The notes below the pieces were generated by a model. That model was not told the DNA's origin. It ran no database searches and was given only the letters and a program-made list of their open reading frames with translations. This document shows positions 17,371 to 25,082 of a stretch of 32,339 bases of DNA, piece by piece. Numbering within the stretch: position 1 is the first letter of the stretch; each line of letters begins with the position of its first letter. Source of the DNA: Thermomicrobiales bacterium (lineage in GTDB: Bacteria; Chloroflexota; Chloroflexia; Thermomicrobiales; UBA6265); contig JBGTJM010000016.1 in assembly GCA_041745115.1 (NCBI GenBank), positions 1-32,339 of the forward strand, written 5' to 3'. A program made the translations under genes and the position numbers.

Positions 17371-18269
17371 TCAGTACGTCAAGGCCAGCTGATTTTGATG
17401 ACTTCTGGAACGCTGTCGACGACGAGCTTGCCAGGTTCGATCCTGCACCCGAACTTGAAGTGTCGCACCTCAGATCGACTGAGTTCTCGACTACTTATGA
17501 CGTCCGGCTAACCAGTGTCGGCCCGTATCGGATCTTTGCCTACCTGAGTGTGCCGAAGGGGAACGGGCCGTTTCCGGCATTGTTCAATGCTCCCCGCTAC
17601 GGAAGTGTCAATAACCCGCCGCACTACGACGATCGTCAGCGTTATGTGGTGATGACCCTGATGCATCGCGGTCAAAGGCTCGCAGATCAACCCTATGCCG
17701 CGGCGTATCCGGGGCTGCTGACAGATGGAATCGAGGACCCGCAGTCGTACATCTACCGTGGCATCGTCGCCGATTGTTTGCGGGGAGCTGAATTTCTGCT
17801 TTCACGCCCTGAGGTGCAGGGCCAGCCGGCAGGTATCGTTGGTGACGACCTGGCGATCCTGACCGCGTCTCGTCGACAAGGGTTCACCGCGCTTCATGTC
17901 AGCGGATTGATGTTCTACCGGATGCTGGAGGCGGCTCGAAGAACTGGCTCGTATCCCCTCGAAGAAGTCAACGATCATCTGGCGTTTTTTCCGGAATCCG
18001 CATCTCGGGTTGCAACGACGGTCAGCTACTTTGATCCGCTTCACCACGCCTCCCGCGTAAGTGCCCACACGCTTCTCGATCTCGGGGATCCGGGAACGCT
18101 CAGTGGCCCGGAGTTCGTCGAGCCGTTGTGCCGTGCGTTTGCAGGTGAAGTCGACCAGTATGTGCTGAGCCACGAAGGCGGCACCGATCGCGACGCGACC
18201 GACGCCTGGCTGGCAGCGAAACTCGGCAGTGTGCCTCGACCGAGACTCTGGGCGGAGGCGATGGGATGA
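17367..18269 (+). CDS. CE7/AXE1-like paralog with Ser->Asp at the nucleophile elbow (pseudoenzyme or Asp-nucleophile hydrolase)
   Basis: The start overlaps the upstream CE7 stop as ATGA. The N-terminus ADFDDFW and the segment YRGIVADCLRGAEFLLSRPEV align with the upstream paralog. The elbow reads GIVGDDLAI, with D161 encoded by gac at 17847-17849. RGQ and HE motifs are present. Confidence 0.8.
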   Translation: MISTSRPADFDDFWNAVDDELARFDPAPELEVSHLRSTEFSTTYDVRLTSVGPYRIFAYLSVPKGNGPFPALFNAPRYGSVNNPPHYDDRQRYVVMTLMHRGQRLADQPYAAAYPGLLTDGIEDPQSYIYRGIVADCLRGAEFLLSRPEVQGQPAGIVGDDLAILTASRRQGFTALHVSGLMFYRMLEAARRTGSYPLEEVNDHLAFFPESASRVATTVSYFDPLHHASRVSAHTLLDLGDPGTLSGPEFVEPLCRAFAGEVDQYVLSHEGGTDRDATDAWLAAKLGSVPRPRLWAEAMG

Positions 18270-19384
18270 CCAGCATTTACGAAGAACTCGATATCCGGCC
18301 CGTTATCAACGCCTCGGCCACACTCACAAAACTCGGTGGTTCCCTGATGCCGAAACCGGCGGTCGAAGCGATGAGCCAGGCAGCTGCCCAGTTCACAGAT
18401 CTCTTCGAGCTCCAGGAAAAGGCCGGCCGACGGATCGCCGAGCTCACTCACAACGAAGCGGCCTACATTTCATCAGGAGCGGCGGCCGGTATTGCGCTGT
18501 CCGTCGCTTCCTGCATTGCAGGCACAGATCCGGAGCTCCAGCAGGATTTTCCATATCTTGAGAATGCTACAAAGTGCGAAGTGATTGTTTACCGCGGTCA
18601 GCGCAATGGATATGACTACGCGGCCCGGCAGACTGGCGCTCGACTCATCGAAATCGAACCAGACGGAGATCAGCTCGAGATGAGCCTGTCAGATCGCACG
18701 GCGTGTGTGCTGTTTTTCGCGGGCTCGCATTATGCAGAAGAGGCACTGCCGCTCGAGGAGGTTGTGTCGATTGCTCATACCATGAGCGTGCCGGTGATCG
18801 TCGACGCTGCAGCGCAGATTCCACCGATTTCGAATCTCTGGCATTTCACCCGCGAAGCGGGGGCGGATGCAGCCATCTTCAGCGGTGGCAAGGGCCTGCG
18901 CGGACCTCAGTCCAGTGGAATCGTGGTAGGTACGCAAACGATCATCGATGGAATCAGGCCCAACGCGGCGCCAAATCAGAGTCTCGGCAGGCCAATGAAG
19001 GTCGGCAAAGAAGAGATCGCCGGGTTGCTGGCAGCTCTCGAATGGTCACTCCAGCAGGATGAGCCCGCGGTCCTCAAGTCGTATGAGGATCGCGTCCAGT
19101 TCTGGATTGACGGCCTTGCCGGGATTCCGGCAGTGACCGCGGAGCGGCGGTTCCCGAGCGAAGCAGGACAGCCGCATGGACGCACGGTCGTCCATTTCAG
19201 CGACGCCTCAGGCATCGGACGAGATGCCGTCGTCGAAGCGCTGTGGAACCGGAACCCCCGCATCGCTGTCAGTCCGGTGGACGAAGACGCGATTGCGCTT
19301 AATCCGCAAACCATAGAAGATGGCGAAGAACAGATCGTGCTGGATGCGCTCATCGAAGTTCTGGGCGCTGCAGCTAATGGATGA
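18266..19384 (+). CDS. SelA-fold (DgaE-like) PLP-dependent enzyme, putative amino-sugar-acid ammonia-lyase
   Basis: The start overlaps the upstream stop as ATGA. The N-terminus reads IYEELDIRPVINASATLTKLGGSLMP...EAAYISSGAAAGIALSVA. FSGGKGLRGPQSSGIVVG carries the PLP-lysine motif of the SelA/DgaE family. At 372 aa it is too short to include the SelA N-terminal tRNA-binding domain. Confidence 0.7.
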   Translation: MTSIYEELDIRPVINASATLTKLGGSLMPKPAVEAMSQAAAQFTDLFELQEKAGRRIAELTHNEAAYISSGAAAGIALSVASCIAGTDPELQQDFPYLENATKCEVIVYRGQRNGYDYAARQTGARLIEIEPDGDQLEMSLSDRTACVLFFAGSHYAEEALPLEEVVSIAHTMSVPVIVDAAAQIPPISNLWHFTREAGADAAIFSGGKGLRGPQSSGIVVGTQTIIDGIRPNAAPNQSLGRPMKVGKEEIAGLLAALEWSLQQDEPAVLKSYEDRVQFWIDGLAGIPAVTAERRFPSEAGQPHGRTVVHFSDASGIGRDAVVEALWNRNPRIAVSPVDEDAIALNPQTIEDGEEQIVLDALIEVLGAAANG

Positions 19385-19394
19385 AAGGAAGACC

Positions 19395-19853
19395 ATGTCC
19401 CCCGAAGAGAAATTGAAGCAACTTGGCTACGAGCTGAAACCGCGGGAATCGTTTGCTCCGGCGATGGCAATTGGAAAGATCACCGGCAATTTGCTCTATC
19501 TCTCCGGCGCCACGCCATCTGACAAAGACGGTAAACCATGGGTTGGCAGGGTAGGGGAGACGTACACCGTCGAAGAAGGTTACGAGGCCGCTCGGCTTAC
19601 CGCCGTTGCTCAGCTCGAAATGGCCTGGACCGTTCTTGGCGACCTGGGCCGGATCAAACAGGTTGTGAAGGTCCTGGGCATGGTCAACTGCGTGCCAGGA
19701 TTCCCCGACACCCCCGCCGTGATGCATGGCTTTTCCGATCTCTACCTGGAGGTCCTGGGTGAGAAAGGCAAACATGCCCGCTCGGCGGTAGGTCTGCAAG
19801 CTCTGCCTGGCAACACACCGATCGAGGTAGAGACTATCTTCGAGATCGACTGA
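19395..19853 (+). CDS. RidA/YjgF/L-PSP family reactive enamine-imine deaminase
   Basis: SD AAAGGAAG lies upstream of ATG 19395. The sequence GNLLYLSGATP...ARSAVGLQALPGNTPIEVETIFEI is typical of the family. The longer listed ORF from 19320 overlaps the previous gene. Confidence 0.8.
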   Translation: MSPEEKLKQLGYELKPRESFAPAMAIGKITGNLLYLSGATPSDKDGKPWVGRVGETYTVEEGYEAARLTAVAQLEMAWTVLGDLGRIKQVVKVLGMVNCVPGFPDTPAVMHGFSDLYLEVLGEKGKHARSAVGLQALPGNTPIEVETIFEID

Positions 19854-20028
19854 GTCGAACGAGGGATCGTCTCATTCGTAGTTGCTGCAGATTCGGATCG
19901 AGGCACCACAAGACCTGATTCGGGTCAACAGCTCAGGCTTCTGAACCGCCTGCTGCCACCAACATACTGGCTTGGTGCTCTCCGGTTTCGGCGGTACGCC
20001 GTGTCCTCTTTGCGATTCGGCTGTTGAT

Positions 20029-20595
20029 TCAAAGGTAGCTTTCGCCGACCGCGGTCTGATAGATGATCAAGAGCCCGAGGAACACGAAGAGTGCCCCGGC
20101 GGCGATTTCGGCGAGATGCTCGGCATGTGCCCCGAGTCGTTGGCCCAGGCTCAGGCCGAGCATCGTGGCGACAAAGCTGATCACCACGATCCAGGCGATA
20201 AGCGGTGTTGCAGATGCATCGATGAAGGCGATCGTCAACCCTACCGCAAGTTTGTCGATGCATACGACCACGCCCACCAGAACAATCGCCGTCACGTCGA
20301 ATGATCTGGCAATCACTTCTTCGTCGCGTTCACCGAGCAGTCCATCCGCCAACGCTCTGAAGCCGACGATCAGCAGCACAGCACCGGCGATATAGGAAGC
20401 GTGGTCGCCCAGGCGATCGCCCAGTAACCGTCCGAACAGCACGCCGAGCGACGTCATCAGGAACGCGATGGCTCCAAAGATCAGGGCCGTCCGCGCCCAG
20501 CCGGTTCGCTCCAGTCCGCCTACACCCAGCGACAGCCCTCCGGCAAACACGTCGAGGCCCATCGATATTGCGAGCAATAGCATACCGAGCGTCAT
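20029..20595 (-). CDS. mntP: Manganese efflux pump MntP (DUF204 x2)
   Basis: The 188-aa protein has six TM helices. The duplicated motif is AISMGLDVFAGGLSLG and VVCIDKLAVGLTIA. SD GAGGA lies upstream of the ATG. Confidence 0.8.
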   Translation of the reverse strand: MTLGMLLLAISMGLDVFAGGLSLGVGGLERTGWARTALIFGAIAFLMTSLGVLFGRLLGDRLGDHASYIAGAVLLIVGFRALADGLLGERDEEVIARSFDVTAIVLVGVVVCIDKLAVGLTIAFIDASATPLIAWIVVISFVATMLGLSLGQRLGAHAEHLAEIAAGALFVFLGLLIIYQTAVGESYL

Positions 20596-20680
20596 TGGAT
20601 TCCTCGTTGTCGGTGGGGCTGGCGTTTCCGCTGGTCAGCAAGCATCCGATCGAACGTGAACGGGCCGATACGATGAATTG

Positions 20681-21712
20681 TCACGCCAGGTCCCTGGCAC
20701 GCTGGAGGGAGCTGGTCACGACGTTCCAGGTCGCGTTGATGTCTTCCGACCAGAGTTTCGACATTGGTTCGCAGGCCCGGAAGCTCCAGATGCCAATGTC
20801 GTTCATCCCTTCATCCAGCGCAATCTCGATCGCATCCGCGATTTCGTGCTCGCTCCCTTTCGGGAATCCATACCCTTGCAACCAGAACTGGCTACGCAGT
20901 CCGAATTGTTCGCAGAGGCTTCGCACCGCAATGGCGTTCGGCCGAACGTAGGATTCCATAGGCACGGTTTCCCCCGCCCGCCAATACGGATCTGTGCCAA
21001 AGACGTCAAGTCCCGTAATCGCGCCAAACGGTTGCCAGTCGGTCACGCCGACAAGGTCGAACGTGATTCCGTGCGGTAAGAGGCAGAGACTGGTCGTAAC
21101 GTATTTATGTTTTGCGTATCTGATCAAATCGGATGTGAGGCGCAGCACAGCATCGTCGCGAAATGCGCGCACCTCGTCGTCGAGGCTATGTGGCATGTCA
21201 TGCCCAAACTGGTCTCGAAAGAGCTCCCGGCACACGCGACACCGGCAGCTCCAGCGCCTGGCCGGATCTCCCTTCGGCACGCCGATGTACCACAAGTCGC
21301 CCGGGTACCAGTGCGGTTCATCGAAAAAGAGGACATCAGCCCCTATGTCAATGGCGGCATCGATCCACTCTTTCATAAACGACAAGAGCACCGGCTGATT
21401 GAGACAGGTCACGCCAATGGATGAGCCATCGGCCAGCACCTGACAGGAGCTCATCTCCCACGCAACGAACTTGCTCAGGGCTTCGCCGCCGAAAACACCG
21501 GCGACGCCCCAGGGATCGAGATGAACCTCAAGACCAAGGTCCTTCGATATGCGGACGATCTCCCGCATCGATTCGATGCCCCAGAAGAGGTCGCTTTCGG
21601 TGAAGCAGTGCACAACATAATCAAAGCCGACCAAGGAAATCTCTTCCATGTCCGACCGAACGTGCCGCAGCGTTCGGTTGCCAAAGTAGGAAACTCCGGA
21701 TCGAATTTGCAA
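20681..21712 (-). CDS. Hypothetical glycoside-hydrolase-like TIM-barrel protein with a CxCxxC cluster
   Basis: Only the C-terminal ~340 codons of the listed 666-aa ORF look coding (GVSYFGNR..., FFDEPHW, WSCRCRVCRELF, FGTDPYW). The upstream part lies antisense to the 21839-23110 gene. The start is either TTG 21712 or ATG 21649. Confidence 0.6.
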   Translation of the reverse strand: MQIRSGVSYFGNRTLRHVRSDMEEISLVGFDYVVHCFTESDLFWGIESMREIVRISKDLGLEVHLDPWGVAGVFGGEALSKFVAWEMSSCQVLADGSSIGVTCLNQPVLLSFMKEWIDAAIDIGADVLFFDEPHWYPGDLWYIGVPKGDPARRWSCRCRVCRELFRDQFGHDMPHSLDDEVRAFRDDAVLRLTSDLIRYAKHKYVTTSLCLLPHGITFDLVGVTDWQPFGAITGLDVFGTDPYWRAGETVPMESYVRPNAIAVRSLCEQFGLRSQFWLQGYGFPKGSEHEIADAIEIALDEGMNDIGIWSFRACEPMSKLWSEDINATWNVVTSSLQRARDLA

Positions 21713-21838
21713 GTCACTAGTCCCTGACTGTTCGCGCCCTTGATGAACCTCATGGTGGCATCCCTGTATTGTACGAGGTGCATGGTGTTGCGCGCGGCGC
21801 GGTGACGATGCCGTATCGTTCTCCCTGGGAGATTGGTC

Positions 21839-23110
21839 ATGGTCCGAATTGGTGCCTACGCCGCACTGTTGCTCCTGGTCTTGAGTCTCCTCGCTCCTCA
21901 ATCGCTGGCTTCTGCCGCTCAACAGCCACCCATCCTGGCGCACGAGCCCGGACTGCCATTGGTCGCCACTACGTTTGCGACGGGGCTGAACTTTCCGACC
22001 GGAATGGTCGAGCTGCCAGACGGCTCTCTTATTGTTGGAACGAGCAATCCAACCGGCGGGAGTTTCTTTTCGTCTACTGGTGAGCTTGTTCGAGTTGTCG
22101 ATCTTGATGGCGACGGAATCGCCGATGGGGAACCTCAAGTCGTTGCAACTGGGCTGGCCGGCGCCGTGACTGCGGTCGCTATGCAAGGCAATCTCGTATT
22201 TGTGACCTCGGTCGAGTCGCGCAAGGAGCGCATCCAGATACTTCGGGGTGGGGGAGATTGGTTGGGACCCTACGATCAGGTGAACGAACTGATCTTCAGT
22301 TTCGCGGGGTTCGCTCACCAGTCCTATGGCCTTGCGACGAGGATCTCGCCGGACGATCCTGACGTGATCGAGCTGTATTTCAACATCGGAGCGCGGGGCA
22401 ACGATACCGGCGGTGGAGCCGTGCAAGTAGGAGGAGCAGTGTCGGCACGGTTGATGGATTCGAGTATCCACATGGTGCCTGTCACTGATGATGGTGAACA
22501 CGTGGAGATTGCCGAACCCGTACAGATCGCCACCGGCCTTCGAAACGCCATGGGGTTTGGCTTCCATCCGGAAAGCGGCGACCTCTGGATCACCGACAAT
22601 GGAATTGATGGATTCGAAGATGTCTGGTCTGCGTACAGTGCCGATGAGCTGAACGTGATTCCGGCCGAACAGATTGGCCAATCAGTGTTCGACTTTGGTT
22701 TTCCTCACTCATATACGCTTTATTCCACCGGAGAAGTCATTGGATCCGGCGGCGCCCAACCAGTCGTTGCATTCGTTCCACAAGGCGGAAACGAGAGCGA
22801 AGGTGCCGCCTCACTTGCGTTTACGCCCGCGTCATTCCCGGATGGGTTCAACTCAGGGGTATTCGTCGGTTTCCACGGACAGTACGATCTGTCGGGATCC
22901 GAAAACGAAGAAAACCCGTTGCTCCACATTGATCTGAAGACCCTGGAAGTCACCACCATCGTATCGGTCGATGCGCCCGGAATCGGACACCTCGATGGAC
23001 TTCTGTCGACGAACGATGCAGTCTATGTCGCGGACCTCTGCGCCGGATCTTCACTTGCGAGTGCTGACCCGTGCGGCACGATATTCCGGATCGTTCCGGC
23101 TCGGGGCTGA
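21839..23110 (+). CDS. Secreted PQQ-dependent sugar (glucose/sorbosone) dehydrogenase-like beta-propeller
   Basis: The signal peptide is MVRIGAYAALLLLVLSLLAPQSLASA. Family-like segments are FATGLNFPTGMVELPDGSLIVGT and ATGLRNAMGFGFHPESGDLWITDNGIDG...DELNVI. Confidence 0.75.
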   Translation: MVRIGAYAALLLLVLSLLAPQSLASAAQQPPILAHEPGLPLVATTFATGLNFPTGMVELPDGSLIVGTSNPTGGSFFSSTGELVRVVDLDGDGIADGEPQVVATGLAGAVTAVAMQGNLVFVTSVESRKERIQILRGGGDWLGPYDQVNELIFSFAGFAHQSYGLATRISPDDPDVIELYFNIGARGNDTGGGAVQVGGAVSARLMDSSIHMVPVTDDGEHVEIAEPVQIATGLRNAMGFGFHPESGDLWITDNGIDGFEDVWSAYSADELNVIPAEQIGQSVFDFGFPHSYTLYSTGEVIGSGGAQPVVAFVPQGGNESEGAASLAFTPASFPDGFNSGVFVGFHGQYDLSGSENEENPLLHIDLKTLEVTTIVSVDAPGIGHLDGLLSTNDAVYVADLCAGSSLASADPCGTIFRIVPARG

Positions 23111-23169
23111 ACGATCATCTTGCTTCAGCCTGAGCTACAACAAAAGGTGAGCGTGTATTTCTGGAGTCT

Positions 23170-23202
23170 AGGCGGACATGTACCAGGGACGCACGTCCGC
23201 CT
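23170..23202 (+). terminator. Possible weak terminator hairpin after the dehydrogenase-like gene
   Basis: AGGCGGAC-17 nt-GTCCGCCT forms an 8-bp stem followed by TATTGAT. The loop is large and the U-tract is poor. Confidence 0.3.
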
Positions 23203-23353
23203 TATTGATGCTGGCTCACCCCATCCTCAATCACTGTTGGCATAAATCCAGGAAGTGTCGGAAGTGCGAGTCACGTATCATCGCGATCTTGCTGGCACTT
23301 GCCGGTTCGAGAGCTGTGTCGCTTTTTTCGCCTCGAGGAGGATTGATTCAGAC

Positions 23354-24331
23354 ATGCAGGCGCGAATAGGGATGTCCTACGACGATATCAAGCGCATTGA
23401 AGCTGCTCTGTTCTTCGAGCCGCCGATGATGAGACAACGACTGATCCGGTTTGCTGTTCTCATCGTTCTCTCGTCGATCATTGCCACAGGTGGGCTGCTC
23501 AGCAACTCGGTCGCGACCATCATCGGCGCGATGATCATCGCGCCCCTGATGACTCCAATCATGGGGATTGTGGTGGCGTTGATTCTCGGAAGTCGGAGCC
23601 GCTGGACGAAGTCCGCGATTATCGTGACAGCGGGTGTGGCCCTCTCCATTTCAGTCGGCTGGATCATGGCCAAACTAATGCCAGGCGGGTGGAATCCTGC
23701 GAGTTCAGCGCAGATCATCGACCGAACCACTCCGGGGCTGCTTTCTCTAATCATCGCTCTGGCATCGGGCGCTGCAGGCGCATATGCTTTGAGCCGCTCG
23801 GATGTCGCCGACTCTCTGCCCGGCGTGGCAATCGCAATTTCCCTCGTTCCTCCCTTGAATAACGTCGGTATCCTGCTTGCTGAGCGAGAGCGGGATCTTG
23901 CTGCGGGTTCTGCACTGCTGTTCGTAACAAACTTTGCCGCCATCCTTCTCGCAGGTACCGTTACGTTCTTCCTGACTGGACTGGCCGAAGGCGTACATCG
24001 CGAACCGCGGGAGATGCGCAGCTCAATGCTGGCAATCGGGGTGCTTGTCTGCCTCGTGGCCATCCCGCTTTTCGCGAACACAGAAGTGTTTTGGCACAAC
24101 GCGAATCGGGAAGACGCTGCTATCGGAATCGTCAATGAGTGGCTGGCGGATAGCGACTGGGAGGTCTATCGAGTGAGCGTCGACGGCAACGAAGTCGAGG
24201 TGCTGGTGGGTGGTGAAGGCGAGCTTCCACCTGCTGGAGACTCGCTCCTGAAACTCGAAGAGGCTATGAACGGAAACATGGAACTTACGGTGAGAGTCCT
24301 GGGCGTGCGAAAGGTAGTGATTACGACATAA
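23354..24331 (+). CDS. DUF389 family integral membrane protein
   Basis: SD GAGGAGGA lies about 13 nt upstream of ATG 23354. The sequence LSNSVATIIGAMIIAPLMTPIMG...LPGVAIAISLVPPLNNVGILLA is typical of DUF389. Confidence 0.75.
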   Translation: MQARIGMSYDDIKRIEAALFFEPPMMRQRLIRFAVLIVLSSIIATGGLLSNSVATIIGAMIIAPLMTPIMGIVVALILGSRSRWTKSAIIVTAGVALSISVGWIMAKLMPGGWNPASSAQIIDRTTPGLLSLIIALASGAAGAYALSRSDVADSLPGVAIAISLVPPLNNVGILLAERERDLAAGSALLFVTNFAAILLAGTVTFFLTGLAEGVHREPREMRSSMLAIGVLVCLVAIPLFANTEVFWHNANREDAAIGIVNEWLADSDWEVYRVSVDGNEVEVLVGGEGELPPAGDSLLKLEEAMNGNMELTVRVLGVRKVVITT

Positions 24332-24440
24332 CCCAACGCGACTGTGGTTCCCAAGTGCCGCAGGATCGAACGGTCGTTCCGCCGTCAATCGTCAGATGTC
24401 CTGCGACTGTTGACTTGATCAACGTCCCAATCAGCGCTAA

Positions 24441-25082
24441 CTAGCGGCCAACAGCTCCAGCTCTTGCTGCAGGAGTCAAGATCTCCAACCCACGGAAGAT
24501 AAGGTCTACCGAAAGCGCCAGTATCGTGATCGCAACGGTACCTGCCAGTATCATCGATGGGTTGTTTCGGGAGATACCGCTGAAAAGTAATGTGCCCAGT
24601 CCTCCAGCGTTGATCCAGGCGGTAATGCTTGCGAGGCTAATCGTGCTGACGGATGCAATTCGCAGACCTGCAATCAGCACAGGGAGTGCCAGGGGAAGCC
24701 GGACCTTCAGAAATCGCTGCGACCCTGTCATGCCTACGCCTGCTGCGGCTTCCATGAGAAGTGGATCGACGCCAGTAAGACCCGAGGAGATATTGCGCAC
24801 CAGTGCCAGCTGGGCGTACGCCGCCAGCACGACCAGGGCAGGGTCTCTGCCCAAACCGAGGCTTGGAATGAGAAGAGCGAGAAACGCCAGACTCGGAATC
24901 GTATAGATTGCGCCGAGTGAAACAAGCACCGGCAGTCGCAAACGCTGCCAGCTGGCGGCAGCGATTCCAATCGGAATTGCAATGATCAATGCGAGTCCGA
25001 GGGCAAGAAAGCTCAGCTCGATGTGCTCCCATGTCAACTCCAGGACTCGCCGCCAGTTCTCAAACAGATAGTCGAAACTCAT
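24441..25082 (-). CDS. Glycine betaine/choline-type (OpuC/OpuB-like) ABC transporter permease
   Basis: ATG 25082 overlaps the ATPase stop as ATGA. The 213-aa permease has the loop MEAAAGVGMTGSQRFLKVRLPLALP. Confidence 0.85.
   Translation of the reverse strand: MSFDYLFENWRRVLELTWEHIELSFLALGLALIIAIPIGIAAASWQRLRLPVLVSLGAIYTIPSLAFLALLIPSLGLGRDPALVVLAAYAQLALVRNISSGLTGVDPLLMEAAAGVGMTGSQRFLKVRLPLALPVLIAGLRIASVSTISLASITAWINAGGLGTLLFSGISRNNPSMILAGTVAITILALSVDLIFRGLEILTPAARAGAVGR

Noticed and set aside
20596-20680. yybP-ykoY (Mn2+) riboswitch expected upstream of mntP
   Set aside because: The leader is only 85 nt and I could not find the conserved GGGGAGUAG / GAGACC-type elements. Only a generic CTGGCGT...ACGCCAG pairing is present. 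An Rfam scan would settle it.
21713-22681. N-terminal ~320 codons of the 666-aa minus-strand ORF
   Set aside because: This part is antisense to the dehydrogenase-like gene (21839-23110) and has low-complexity basic composition. Only the downstream TIM-barrel part looks real.
23377-24135. 252-aa minus-strand ORF
   Set aside because: It is antisense to the DUF389 gene, Ala/Arg/Ser-rich, and has no motifs.
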